A DNA stretch of 63,997 nt, filler included, from Octopus bimaculoides (Eukaryota), in the NCBI RefSeq assembly GCF_001194135.2. It is 4 parts of 4 records of this genome, joined end to end, with 100 filler letters (N's around TTAATTAATTAA, not from the genome) between each part and the next. Parts side by side here need not be neighbours in the genome. Positions count along the whole stretch, not along the records: positions 21,657 to 39,023 come from NC_069001.1; positions 39,124 to 51,907 come from NC_069000.1; 2 more parts are not named here. One strand, given 5' to 3'. The position numbers and the translations under genes are program-made. This document shows positions 37,506 to 50,921 of this stretch, piece by piece. The stretch's first letter is position 1, and each line of letters begins with the position of its first letter. Under the pieces are notes generated by a model. That model had not been told where the DNA came from. It searched no databases and worked only from the letters and a program-made list of their open reading frames with translations.

Positions 37506-37956
37506 GATCGATCGATGGGTGCAAGAAATCTTTATCTATATATGTGTGCTCTTAATTCGGTTGGTAATATAGTTGGAGTTCGGATGTGGTTAAGATAGTA
37601 GTAAATTCCATGCAATTTATTGTGTCGAGAATAGTTATGATAGTTATTTATTAAGTGGAAATTATTTAACTTATTAATAAGGTATTTTTATACACCTTTA
37701 ACGGTTTTCCATTGGCATGTTTGGATATAGACAACCCATCATCTCTATAAAGTCCTATTTCTATTGTGGTTAACTTAGATTCTATATTCTTCATTGCACT
37801 AACATCACTGAATCTGTATATTTACACAGTCATACGTATATATATCTATATATATCTGTGTGTGTGTATGGATGGATGGATGTGCATAAGTGTGTGTATT
37901 TATGTATGAAGTACATGTATATACATAACACACAAAATACATAAGTAACTGGATAG

Positions 37957-37987
<31 letters not shown>

Positions 37988-38964
37988 GATTGATAGACAG
38001 CCAGACAGACAGGCAGGCAGGCAGGCAAGCAGATAGGTAGGTAGACAAGTGCACTTTGGTATATTTGATAATATACAAGAAGACAATTCTTAACAAGTAT
38101 ATACTTGCATGTATATATATATATATATATATNNNNNNNNNNNNNNNNNNNNNNNNNNNNNNNNNNNNNNNNNNNNNNNNNNNNNNNNNNNNNNNNNNNN
38201 NNNNNNNNNNNNNNNNNNNNNNNNNNNNNNNNNNNNNNNNNNNNNNNNNNNNNNNNNNNNNNNNNNNNNNNNNNNNNNNNNNNNNNNNNNNNNNNNNNNN
38301 NNNNNNNNNNNNNNNNNNNNNNNNNNNNNNNNNNNNNNNNNNNNNNNNNNNNNNNNNNNNNNNNNNNNNNNNNNNNNNNNNNNNNNNNNNNNNNNNNNNN
38401 NNNNNNNNNNNNNNNNNNNNNNNTATATATATATATATATGCATATATACACATATGCAATATTCATGTATGTGTATGTGCGCGTGTGTGTGTGTGGCCT
38501 GAAATCTGCATGGGAACAATCCACTAGAGCTGAATAAGTCGAGATATTGAAGAATCTTCTACATCGATTGAAGCCACTCAAAAGACGTTAACAATTATAG
38601 GGGAAATGGAAATAAATTGATACATTTAATACACACACACATACACATACACACATATGCATAAATGTATACATGCATGTAAATATATACACACACATAT
38701 ATATATATACATATATACATATGTGTGTATGTGTATGTGTATGTGTGTGTGTGTGTAGACACACACATTTATAGACATATACGCACACATATATTAAAAT
38801 ACTATAAACTCAAAATGGCGGACCTATTGTCAAATATAATTCGTACAAAATTAAGATCTATTTCACGGCAACTGCAGGCTCTTTCCTATTATTTCAGTAC
38901 ATTTCTTGTTTCCTTTCTAAATTCAATTCCGCCGTTATCTCTTTCCCCTTATCTTCTATATGTT

Positions 38965-39023
<59 letters not shown>

Positions 39024-39302
39024 NNNNNNNNNNNNNNNNNNNNNNNNNNNNNNNNNNNNNNNNNNNNTTAATTAATTAANNNNNNNNNNNNNNNNNNNNN
39101 NNNNNNNNNNNNNNNNNNNNNNNTCATTCCAGGCGAAATAGGGATCCTACGAAGGTTCCCTGAAATAATGATACACGATAAAATATGTGGTTCGAAGACC
39201 AGGGAGTTTGTCCAGAGGGGGCCTCTACTTTTCTGTAACGTGAAGTCACAGCTCTTGTACTACGGACGTATGATAAGAATGTCGCGAATAAGGATCACAA
39301 GA

Positions 39303-39353
39303 TGGTTTCTCCAAGCCAACGGTTTCTCCAAGCCAACGGTTTCTCCAAGCCAA
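39303..39353 (+). repeat. 17-bp minisatellite, 3 copies
   Basis: (ggtttctccaagccaac)x3. Confidence 0.95.
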
Positions 39354-40114
39354 ATGGGTTTCATAGCAGGCAATGGGTTAAACCAGAGTTTCTCCACCGC
39401 TTTTTACCTATGGACCCCTTCGTTTCCTATTTTATCCCTACTGGACCCTCATACCCATTCAGTGTGTTAAAAAAAATCCTAATTATGTTTTGATAATTAA
39501 ATAAAATTAGGAATTTTTGAAAATAAACTGTTAAAATATTTGGCGTATTGTAAAGAGCATAACCAATTCATTGCAGATAAATTTTAACCCCGAAGGTCAT
39601 ACGGACTACGATTGAGAACTACGACTTCAGCTCTTCCGTTTCTGCCAGTTCGCCACCTCCATGTTAGCAACAGCAATAACTACAACAACAACACCAGATG
39701 AACATTGATACTAACAAGAACAACAACGATAGCAACAAAAATACCAATATGGCCGACGACGTTAGCAATAATAATAAGAACAATGGAAATGTTACGCTAA
39801 ACAGCTGTATTCGCTTCATGAAGGCAATATTATTGTCTGCTCCCACGTGACTTGTGTAATCCGTTCCCCTAGCAATCATATAGGCATTATATCGTGTGAT
39901 ATCGTCTTATGTTATATTACTTGATATCCTACGCTAGATTGTGTTATATTATTTATTGCATTCCACTGTTTCATGTTTGAAAAGAGATTTTCAAATTATG
40001 TGGCGATAATGAAGACAACGCAGAATTATTGATGGTGGTCGGCGATTTACGGCAATTCTACAACCCACCCACCACTGCGTGTGTGTGTGCGCGTGTATAG
40101 TGTCTATGCATATA

Positions 40115-40157
<43 letters not shown>

Positions 40158-40192
40158 GCATACATACATACATAGAGATATATGTGTGTGCA

Positions 40193-40226
<34 letters not shown>

Positions 40227-40243
40227 CGTACACACACAGACAT

Positions 40244-40274
<31 letters not shown>

Positions 40275-40388
40275 CACATATATTTCTATGTACGAGACAC
40301 ATAGATAATGTATTTGTATGTATATATGTGTATATATGTATATATCTATATTCACACACACATACACACACATGTATGTATATTGATT

Positions 40389-40436
<48 letters not shown>

Positions 40437-42002
40437 CAGATATAAATCCGTAAGTATGCTTCTGTGCGTGTGTATGCGTATTATGACTGAAAGTGCGGGT
40501 GTATAAGTATGTATGTATATATGACTAGATATGTATGCATATATGTATGGATATGTAAGCATATATACATATCGATACTTACAAACATATATATGTGTAT
40601 ATATATATATATANNNNNNNNNNNNNNNNNNNNNNNNNNNNNNNNNNNNNNNNNNNNNNNNNNNNNNNNNNNNNNNNNNNNNNNNNNNNNNNNNNNNNNN
40701 NNNNNNNNNNNNNNNNNNNNNNNNNNNNNNNNNNNNNNNNNNNNNNNNNNNNNNNNNNNNNNNNNNNNNNNNNNNNNNNNNNNNNNNNNNNNNNNNNNNN
40801 NNNNNNNNNNNNNNNNNNNNNNNNNNNNNNNNNNNNNNNNNNNNNNNNNNNNNNNNNNNNNNNNNNNNNNNNNNNNNNNNNNNNNNNNNNNNNNNNNNNN
40901 NNNNNNNNNNNNNNNNNNNNNNNNNNNNNNNNNNNNNNNNNNNNNNNNNNNNNNNNNNNNNNNNNNNNNNNNNNNNNNNNNNNNNNNNNNNNNNNNNNNN
41001 NNNNNNNNNNNNNNNNNNNNNNNNNNNNNNNNNNNNNNNNNNNNNNNNNNNNNNNNNNNNNNNNNNNNNNNNNNNNNNNNNNNNNNNNNNNNNNNNNNNN
41101 NNNNNNNNNNNNNNNNNNNNNNNNNNNNNNNNNNNNNNNNNNNNNNNNNNNNNNNNNNNNNNNNNNNNNNNNNNNNNNNNNNNNNNNNNNNNNNNNNNNN
41201 CAACATTCAAAAGCCGTACGGCCAAACGCAAATCTGAGGTAGAACGCTAGTAGTTCGTCTTGCCTTCACAGCGGCTGGAGTGAAAAGAAAGTTGACCACA
41301 GGTCACACGAGAGCAGAGAGGATGGTGGAGGGAGGAAGTGGAACAAGGAGGAAGGGACAGAAGAGTATAGCAGTGAAGTAGAGGCCAGGACAGAGGTATA
41401 GATAGAAAGATGGAGGAAGACAGATAAATAGATAGAAAGATAGATAGATAGATAGACAGATAGATAGATAGATAGATAGAAAGATAGTCACGTCAGAATA
41501 ATAGTAGACTTACTTGCAAAAAAGGACGTGTGCCCATAACAGGTAACTTCTACATACTAGAAGGCAGTCATAAACGACCGAAAACCACAAAGTAAAACAT
41601 TTCAAAGGGAAGTTTCCATTTACCAAATTCGTGCGTAAGGCATTGATCGTAAATAACGCTGCACTTGAACCTACATGGTTGCAAATCAGGCTTCCTAACC
41701 ACACAGACATAGTAAATTTCAGTTCATTGTTGTTTTTTTATTCAAGCTTCCGTTGCCTAGTAACACAGATATTGATTTTCATTTTATTTCATTTTGTTTA
41801 TTGACTTAATTGTTTTCTCCTGTGTGGTTCGTTAATGATGTCAGGAAGATAAGCACGTTGCTTGGTGACACAGGTTTGCCAAAGTGATCTCATTTGGAGT
41901 GACACTCACATTTTTCAATGCTGCTAACTTCTCAGGACTAACAGCAAGAAATTTCTAATTTGGCGGCACCTTCACTCGAAGGAACTTCTATGTAACAGTG
42001 TG

Positions 42003-42009
<7 letters not shown>

Positions 42010-42047
<38 letters not shown>

Positions 42048-42187
42048 GTTTATTTAAATGTGTTCATATATATGAGTGTGTATGTATATGTGTAAGTATA
42101 CCTGTGCGTGTACACGTATGTATGAGACTGTGCGTCTGTGCGTGTATGTGTGTATGTCTGTCTATATATATATGTGTGTGTACGTGA

Positions 42188-42219
<32 letters not shown>

Positions 42220-43698
42220 TTCTGTGTACGCATGCATGTATTTGTGTATGTATCTGTACGTGGTATATATTTCTGTATCAGTGTGTATGCATGTGTGCGT
42301 GTTTGTGTGTGTATGTGTGTGTATATCTGTGTATATGTGTGTATAGGAGCGTGTGTCAGTGCATATGCGTGTATGCATGTGTGTAAGAGCTTGTATGTCT
42401 GTATATGTATGTATATCTATGTATGTGCGTGCATGAGCGTGTGTTAGTGTATATATGTGTATGTGTATGAGCGTGTTTGGGAGTGTGTGGGTGTATGTAC
42501 GTGTAAGGATGAGTGTTAATATGTTTGCGTACGTGTGTGTGTGTGTGTATACTTGTGCTTATTTCTTGTGTATGTGTGTACATGTGCACATGTCAGTATG
42601 TGTATCATTCTTCGTGTGTATGCGTATGTGTGTGCGTGCACGTGTGTGTTTGTGTGGGTGTGAGCGTGCTTGTGTTTTCTACCATCATCTCTGATTTAAT
42701 CCTTATATCTTTTATCAAATTATGTCGATATTTTGTTCTGTCATGTTTGTCTTGTGACAAAGGCACTCTTTATTATTTATTTTCTTTTTTTTTTGCTGTC
42801 ATTCATTTTGTTTGCCAAATTTATTGCGATTGTAAAGTATTTTTCATTTCCTGAATGTAGGAGGGAGGGAGTGCAGCATAGCCGAATCGTTAAGACGCTA
42901 GCTTTGCAATCGCGAGGGCCCGGCGTTCGATTCCACTGCGCAGCCTCTTGAACAAATGTCATTTACCATGACACTATGTCATCAATCCAAGTGTTGTGAG
43001 TGAAATTGGGTAGAAGGAAACTGTACAGAATCCTCACGGGTAGATAGTACCCGTAATTCAAACCGTATATCCTTTCCGCAGATGGTGTCACGCTGATTCT
43101 CCTCCGAGAATTGTTACAAGCGTTTGTGGAATGGCCAGAGTGGCTCCAGTATGGCCAAATTCCAATGATTGTGCAAAAGACCGGTATAAGGATATATAAA
43201 CAGCCACAGACGTGTGTGTTTGAATGTGTGTAGATTTGTGAATGTGTGTGCGTTTGTGCGTATGTGTAGGTATATGTGTGAGTGTGTGTGAGGGCGAGTG
43301 TGTGTGAGGGCGAGTGTGTGTGTGGGCGAGTGTGTGTGAGTATGTGCAAGACTATCTGTTCGTATGTGTATGTATGTGTGCATGTGTGTATGTGAGTTTT
43401 AGTACATGTGTGTGTTAATGTGTGCGTGTGCGTATAAGTATGGATACGTGTGTGTATGAGTGTACATGTCTGTTAGTGTGTGCGTGCAAGTATGCGTAGG
43501 TGTTTGTATAAGTGTGTGTGTGTACGTGTGTGAGTGACTGTGTGTCTCTGTGTTTGATTATATATGTGAATGTATGTATTTGTGTGTGAGCTTGTGTAAG
43601 TGTGCGCATGTGTGTATATACGAAATTGTGTGTGTTTGTACGTGTGTGTGTGTGTACGTGTGTGCATGTGTGTGTGTGTGTACGTGTGTCCATATGTA

Positions 43699-43735
<37 letters not shown>
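42010..43735 (+). repeat. Long degenerate (TG/TA)n low-complexity domain
   Basis: About 1.2 kb of interrupted GT repeats, including three 16-bp gtgtgtgagggcgagt-like units at ~43283-43330. Confidence 0.9.
42865..43035 (+). mobile_element. Old tRNA-derived SINE head related to family A
   Basis: tagccgaatcgttaag (A-box-like), gttcgattcc (B box), then gtgagtgaaattgggtagaaggaaactg. Confidence 0.55.
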
Positions 43736-43815
43736 CAATGTGAGTGTTGGCTGATTGATTTTGTCGTTACTCAGCTTTCTGCTCGATGACCATAGTCACC
43801 TGACACAACAAAAAC

Positions 43816-43846
<31 letters not shown>

Positions 43847-44500
43847 AAAGCAACAACAACAACAACAGCAACAACCACAACAACGGCAGCATCAACAACA
43901 TTACCAACAACAATGACATTTATAGCTTCTTTTAACTAAGGAAAAGATCAATTCCTGCAGNNNNNNNNNNNNNNNNNNNNNNNNNNNNNNNNNNNNNNNN
44001 NNNNNNNNNNNNNNNNNNNNNNNNNNNNNNNNNNNNNNNNNNNNNNNNNNNNNNNNNNNNNNNNNNNNNNNNNNNNNNNNNNNNNNNNNNNNNNNNNNNN
44101 NNNNNNNNNNNNNNNNNNNNNNNNNNNNNNNNNNNNNNNNNNNNNNNNNNNNNNNNNNNNNNNNNNNNNNNNNNNNNNNNNNNNNNNNNNNNNNNNNNNN
44201 NNNNNNNNNNNNNNNNNNNNNNNNNNNNNNNNNNNNNNNNNNNNNNNNNNNNNNNNNNNNNNNNNNNNNNNNNNNNNNNNNNNNNNNNNNNNNNNNNNNN
44301 NNNNNNNNNNNNNNNNNNNNNNNNNNNNNNNNNNNNNNNNNNNNNNNNNNNNNNNNNNNNNNNNNNNNNNNNNNNNNNNNNNNNNNNNNNNNNNNNNNNN
44401 NNNNNNNNNNNNNNNNNNNNNNNNNNNNNNNNNNNNNNNNNNNNNNNNNNNNNNNNNNNNNNNNNNNNNNNNNNNNNNNNNNNNNNNNNNNNNNNNNNNN

Positions 44501-44530
<30 letters not shown>

Positions 44531-44534
<4 letters not shown>

Positions 44535-44697
44535 GACGGGCTTCTTTCAGTTTCCGTCTACCAAATCCACTCACAAGGCTTTGGTCGTCCCGAGGCTATA
44601 GTAGAAGACACTTACCCGAGGTGCCACACTGTGGGACTGAACCTGGAACCATGTGGTTGGTAAACAAGCTACTTACCACACAGCCACTCCTGCGCCT
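44531..44697 (-). mobile_element. SINE family A, 5' half
   Basis: acgacgggcttctttcagtttccgtctaccaaatcc ... cacacagccactcctgcgcct; the rest lies in the adjacent gap. Confidence 0.9.
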
Positions 44698-45039
44698 ATG
44701 TAGCTACATGCTGCAAGATATTTATAACGGTTTCACATTTTGGCACAAGACCAGCAGGTATGTGTGGAGTATTCGAAATCTGAAACAAACCAGCATCTAA
44801 TCCAGAGGAGTAAATATATATACGCCACAGGATCCGGGAAACCGATCTTATCAGCATATAACTCGGGAAGGGATCTTTTGGGAAAGAGGGATTGTGCGGG
44901 ACGTCTCTCCCTGGAGTATACATTATCTAATAAACAAAAGATAAGGATGTGTTTATCAACATAACATAATGTTTTTTACAGAACCGCTCAATATAAAAAT
45001 GGGGATATTTACGTTTTAGTGAGAAGTATCACATCCTAA

Positions 45040-45256
45040 ACAGCTTTACAGCAAAGAAAGACGAAGATAATGCTGAGTTGCCGACATAACACATTGTGGA
45101 TTATTACATAATCTTTTTGACTGAGCAACCCCTTGTAAACAAAATCACAACGATGGAATTTAGGTTTAAATGAGAAATATCGCATCATAAACTACTCCAC
45201 AGCAACGAAAGAAGGAGATAATGTCGACCTGCCGACATAGTACATTGTTTATTGTT
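45040..45256 (+). repeat. Diverged direct duplication of ~65 bp
   Basis: acagcaa(a/c)gaaaga.g.agataatg....(t/c)tgccgacata..acattgt at ~45048 and ~45199. Confidence 0.7.
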
Positions 45257-46050
45257 GGAATACTTGTGATGGCTTCGTAATGGCAGCTTCACGCGATGTT
45301 GCGGCTTGCTTTGTTTTTATTGTTGTTCTTTAATCCAAAGCAAGCTCTGATTTCATCAGTGCTTCGATCAAAGGCATTCAATCCTTGACCATCTTTTACA
45401 ATTTCCTTTTCTTTCTTTTTTTTAGGCATTATCTACCTCGTAGTACATTATCTAGTGTGCACTTTTTAAGACAAAAGAGAGGTCGTTTGATATACATTTC
45501 ATTGCTATTTCTTGCAAGTTCAATAACCATGAAGAGAGTCAGTTGCTGTTATTGTTACAGGTTGTTATTGTTGTTGCTTATTCAAATCGTCAGCCATGTT
45601 TCACTTGCTTCATTTCTACAACATGGCCGATACAATAGAAAACTACCAACTCGTTCTCGGCCAATCATATCAGAGACAGAAGAATCACAATAATAACAAA
45701 GGAAGATAAAAGAGGAGCCAAACCGAGTGATAGTTGTCACGTGACTAGAATTCCGTTTCATTTCGAGTCATAAGGAAAAAGGAAAATATATGTGCGCATG
45801 CGTGTATATGTATGTATGTGTACGTATGTATTTGTACAGATATATCTATATATTTGTGCGTGTACGTATAAGTATGTATATGTATTTATGCGTAGATATC
45901 CATGTATGTATTTATATATACATAAGTATGTTAATGTGGGGTGGTGGAGGCGAGCTGTCAGTTATGGTATGGTCTCAGTGGATAACAACCTTACTTAGGT
46001 GAATTGAAACGCGCTGTTTTGTCCATGCGCACCAATATGCCAAACACACA

Positions 46051-46084
<34 letters not shown>

Positions 46085-46263
46085 NNNNNNNNNNNNNNNN
46101 NNNNNNNNNNNNNNNNNNNNNNNNNNNNNNNNNNNNNNNNNNNNNNNNNNNNNNNNNNNNNNNNNNNNNNNNNNNNNNNNNNNNNNNNNNNNNNNNNNNN
46201 NNNNNNNNNNNNNNNNNNNNNNNNNNNNNNNNNNNNNNNNNNGCAAGATAACGACTTCTGAAA

Positions 46264-46675
46264 CAAGATGGCGAATTTGCGAAACAGCAAATTTGGGTAG
46301 ATTATCGATCATTCTCTCTTTTACAACATTCATTCGTCCGCTTCTTCTATTTTATTTTTACTTCTTTTTTTCTTTCTTTTTCTTTCTTTCATGATAATAG
46401 AAACATTATAATCTTGTCTCTCGCTTTTTCTTTTGGTTTTTCTCTCTTTTGTTTTCATTTCGCTTTTTTTTTCGTCTTATTTTTTTTTGTTTTTGATTCT
46501 TCTTTGGACTTTTTAGTTTTGTTTTTCTTTCTTTTCTGTTTATATTCGTTCGCCGAACGTTATAATGTCTGCCCAAGAAAGCAAGCTAAAAAGTGAAGAA
46601 GTAATGTATATGAATTTATGTATATAGGAATTGAACGTATGTCTCTTAGACAAAATGGCGACATTTGTTTTTGCC
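46264..46675 (+). promoter_or_regulatory. YY1-like motifs suggesting a TSS-proximal region
   Basis: caagATGGCGaat at 46264 and caaaATGGCGac at ~46651, in a locally CpG-retaining region flanked by gaps. Confidence 0.25.
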
Positions 46676-47918
46676 AAGAGAAAATGTAAAATAACAACAA
46701 CAACAACAACAACAACAAGAAACAGAAAAACGTCAAAAATAAAAAGAAACAAGAAACAATATTTATTTCAAAAGAAAATTTTCTTTCGGTTAATTTCAAT
46801 GCGTTTCTTGTAATTGCTTTTTGCAGTTTTTGGTGCTGTTGTTTTTATTTTCGTTCATTTCTTTATTGTATTCTATTCTTTACTCTAAAATATTGTCGCC
46901 CATCTTCCTTACTTTATTTTATCATATATATATANNNNNNNNNNNNNNNNNNNNNNNNNNNNNNNNNNNNNNNNNNNNNNNNNNNNNNNNNNNNNNNNNN
47001 NNNNNNNNNNNNNNNNNNNNNNNNNNNNNNNNNNNNNNNNNNNNNNNNNNNNNNNNNNNNNNNNNNNNNNNNNNNNNNNNNNNNNNNNNNNNNNNNNNNN
47101 NNNNNNNNNNNNNNNNNNNNNNNNNNNNNNNNNNNNNNNNNNNNNNNNNNNNNNNNNNNNNNNNNNNNNNNNNNNNNNNNNNNNNNNNNNNNNNNNNNNN
47201 NNNNNNNNNNNNNNNNNNNNNNNNNNNNNNNNNNNNNNNNNNNNNNNNNNNNNNNNNNNNNNNNNNNNNNNNNNNNNNNNNNNNNNNNNNNNNNNNNNNN
47301 NNNNNNNNNNNNNNNNNNNNNNNNNNNNNNNNNNNNNNNNNNNNNNNNNNNNNNNNNNNNNNNNNNNNNNNNNNNNNNNNNNNNNNNNNNNNNNNNNNNN
47401 NNNNNNNNNNNNNNNNNNNNNNNNNNNNNNNNNNNNNNNNNNNNNNNNNNNNNNNNNNNNNNNNNNNNNNNNNNNNNNNNNNNNNNNNNNNNNNNNNNNN
47501 NNNNNNNNNNNNNNNNNNNNNNNNNNNNNNNNNNNNNNNNNNNNNNNNNNNNNNNNNNNNNNNNNNNNNNNNNNNNNNNNNNNNNNNNNNNNNNNNNNNN
47601 NNNNNNNNNNNNNNNNNNNNNNNNNNNNNNNNNNNNNNNNNNNNNNNNNNNNNNNNNNNNNNNNNNNNNNNNNNNNNNNNNNNNNNNNNNNNNNNNNNNA
47701 AGGTTGTAATATCTTGCGACATTTGTTGCAGTGAAGCGAGATGGTGAGCTCCCGGCAAGTCGACATCCACATCCGGTTACACTTTACTACAGCCAGTCAG
47801 ATAGAGGGAAGGTGGAACCTTCTCAAATCGCAATATCATTTCTGATTCAGTTAAATACTACCACTTCTATCTATCTGTCTATCTATCTATCTAGCTAGCT
47901 AGCTACCTAGCTATCTAT

Positions 47919-47972
<54 letters not shown>

Positions 47973-47981
47973 GTCTATCTA

Positions 47982-48012
<31 letters not shown>

Positions 48013-48132
48013 TTGTCCACTTTCTGTGTTTAGCCCTGTGTGGCCATAATAAAAATATATCTATCTGTCTGTCTATCTATCCATCTATCTGTCTGTCGGT
48101 CTATCTATTTATCCATCTATCTATCTAGCTAG

Positions 48133-48164
<32 letters not shown>

Positions 48165-48423
48165 TTGTCAATCTATCTATTTGTCAATCTATCTATCTAT
48201 TTATTTATCTGTCTGTCGGTCTATCTATCTGTCTATCTATCCGAACTCATTAATCATATGCTACAAATCATGCGTCAGTGCTGTGGCAATGACTTTGCAG
48301 TCAAAACTCTATGTCATGTGATTGCCAGCTCCATCTCATTAGAGACGCCATTAACACACATTCCCATTTAACTTCGCAACATTCTGCCAATCATCACCTC
48401 CACTTCTACAGCAAAATCTGATT

Positions 48424-48464
<41 letters not shown>

Positions 48465-48742
48465 TATTATTATTATTAGCATCAGACTTTGGACACTTGG
48501 GTGTCTACATCTTTATCATACATATATGACATGCATTTATCCAGCTAGCTTGCTAGATAGCTAAAACCCCCCACACACACACACACACACACATTTCTGG
48601 GTGTATATGCTTTATATTATTGCGTTTGTTAGTTTATATACCTACATAAATCACACAAGCATGTGTGTGTTTTGTGGGGGGTGGGGTGCGTGTGTGATTA
48701 CATAGCTAGATGACAGACAGAAGAGTGGACACATAGGTGGAT

Positions 48743-48805
<63 letters not shown>

Positions 48806-48819
48806 CATACATACATACA

Positions 48820-48849
<30 letters not shown>

Positions 48850-48850
<1 letters not shown>

Positions 48851-49300
48851 CAGGTCATCCCATAAGTTCTGTCCGAATTTTGAATAAAGAAAACTAATGA
48901 TCAAATGTTATATTTAATCGAAATTTAATCATCAATGTACTTTCCCTGATTATCTATGACTTCCTTCCAGCTATTTACAAGCTTTTTAATCCCATCGATG
49001 TAAAACTCTTTTGGTTTCAAAGCGAAGAACTCTGAAATGTCAGTTTCGACCTCCTCTTTGTCTTGCGAAAGTTATGTCCCCCAAATGATTCTGTAATCTA
49101 CGAAACAAATGGTAGTTTGAAGGAGCAAGGTCGGGAGAATAATGTGGATGAGGAATTTTTTCCCAACCAAGCTCTTCGATCTTCTGTGATGTGATCTTTG
49201 CGGTGTGGGGTTGCGCATTGTCCNNNNNNNNNNCGCTCTAATTGCTGACAGTAGACTTGAGCATTGATTGTTGCATTAGGTGGTAACAATTCAAAGTAAG
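48850..49300 (-). mobile_element. 3' fragment of a mariner (Tc1/mariner) transposon
   Basis: Minus strand FELLPPNATINAQVYCQQL...AQPHTAKITSQKIEELGWEKIPHPHYSPDLAPSNYHLF contains the mariner YSPDLAP motif. A TIR-like end tcaggtcatcccataagtt is preceded by TA. Confidence 0.85.
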
Positions 49301-49405
49301 TTACGGGGAGGAAAACACACCAGCATCGGTTGTCAAGCGATGTTGGGGGACAAACACAGACACACAAACATACACACACACACACACACACACTCACACA
49401 CACAC

Positions 49406-49441
<36 letters not shown>

Positions 49442-49444
49442 GTA

Positions 49445-49650
49445 TGGGAGAATTTACGAAAAAAGCAACAACAGACGAGGACAGGTGGTGTAAACAACAA
49501 AAGGATGTATTAGTTTAACGCTCGGGAATAGAGAAAGTCTTTAACGTTTCGAGCCACGCTCTTCAACAGAAAGAATAAGGAGAAAACAAGAAAAACACGG
49601 AGAGAAAAAAATTGAATGTTGTGGTCAGCGATCTATCATGGCGACTGATA
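49445..49650 (-). mobile_element. Family C repeat, copy inserted in the internal microsatellite of a SINE
   Basis: Aligns along its length to 26009-26205. Lies between SINE-A halves at 49296-49440 and 49656-49826. Confidence 0.7.
49538..49574 (-). ncRNA. Hammerhead-like motif with U6 core (CUGUUGA)
   Basis: Minus strand: tcttt-CTGTTGA-a-gagc-gtg-gctc-GAAA-cg-TT-aaaga. 5-bp stem I, perfect 4-bp stem II, palindrome AACGTT, triplet GUU. Confidence 0.55.
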
Positions 49651-50433
49651 TACATATATACGACGGGCTTCTTTCAGTTTCCGTCTACCAAATCCACTCA
49701 CAAGGCTTTGGTCTGCCCGAGGCTATAGTAGAAGACACTTGCCCAAGGTGCCACGCAGTGGGACTGAACCTGGAACCATGTGGTTGGTAAGCAAGCTACT
49801 TACCACACAGCCACTCCTCCGCCTATGGAGTTGCATAATGTTAGCTCATGGCTCCAGCGACATTAGACGAAGCAATGAAATTGTGCGATTGACTCTTAAT
49901 ACGTATCAGTTTATCTTCACTTCCAACAAAGACAACACGAAGCTCAGAAAGCTTCATACTTGAACTCAATTAAACAACGAGTGCGAGGAAGCAACAACAA
50001 TTCTGTTCAACATCTTCATAAACAATCAGATATCACACACACACATACTGAAACTAGCCGGCACACAAACACATGCATTCCCATATATATATATATATAT
50101 ACACATATATATATATATAAACGATGTTTTCTCAGCTGTCCTCATTTAGTCATCGATAAGTAGCTACTCACACCGAAAAGATAAATGAAAAAAAAAGCAC
50201 AATCCACCAAAGACCTACAAAGGATAATTTTCAATTAATTTTTAAGTATTCACAATCCTCCACGTTTATTTATTTTCCATCTCTATTACCGTTCATATGT
50301 TTATAATATGGCCACTCGTGGCCACTCGTATACTTCGCCATGTCTCAGCCCTTCAGCTAAAACAATTATGAGTCAATGGACGGCACAGCATACCTCACCC
50401 CATACACACACACACACACACACACACGCACAA

Positions 50434-50487
<54 letters not shown>

Positions 50488-50612
50488 AATATTCCTTCCT
50501 CTCTCCACCCATTGATCAAACAATTAATTAGTTAATGAGCTAATTAGTTACTTCGTTGACTGATAATAACAACAAAAACAACAACAACAACAATAATAAT
50601 AATAATAATGAC

Positions 50613-50660
<48 letters not shown>

Positions 50661-50883
50661 GGGAGAAATGCAGCCAATACTTTTGTTTACACTGGCAAAA
50701 TAATCAAGGTATGGGACTTGTATGTATGCATGTGTGTATGTATATACATACAACATACAAATATACACATACACACACACATACACACATATATACATAC
50801 ATATATATATATATATGTATGTATGTGTATATGTATATATGAATGTATGAATGTATGTATGTATGTATGTATGTATGTATACC

Positions 50884-50921
<38 letters not shown>

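Larger units (their letters stand above)
49296..49826 (-). mobile_element. SINE family A split by a family C insertion
   Basis: Middle part at 49296-49400 and 5' half at 49656-49826, both close matches to 9185-9601. Confidence 0.85.

Noticed and set aside
39303-39353. Short direct repeats as a CRISPR-like array
   Set aside because: The repeats are contiguous with no spacers, and the context is eukaryotic.
42865-42945. tRNA-like A and B boxes
   Set aside because: There is no full cloverleaf, and it continues into SINE body sequence; it is a SINE head, not a tRNA gene.
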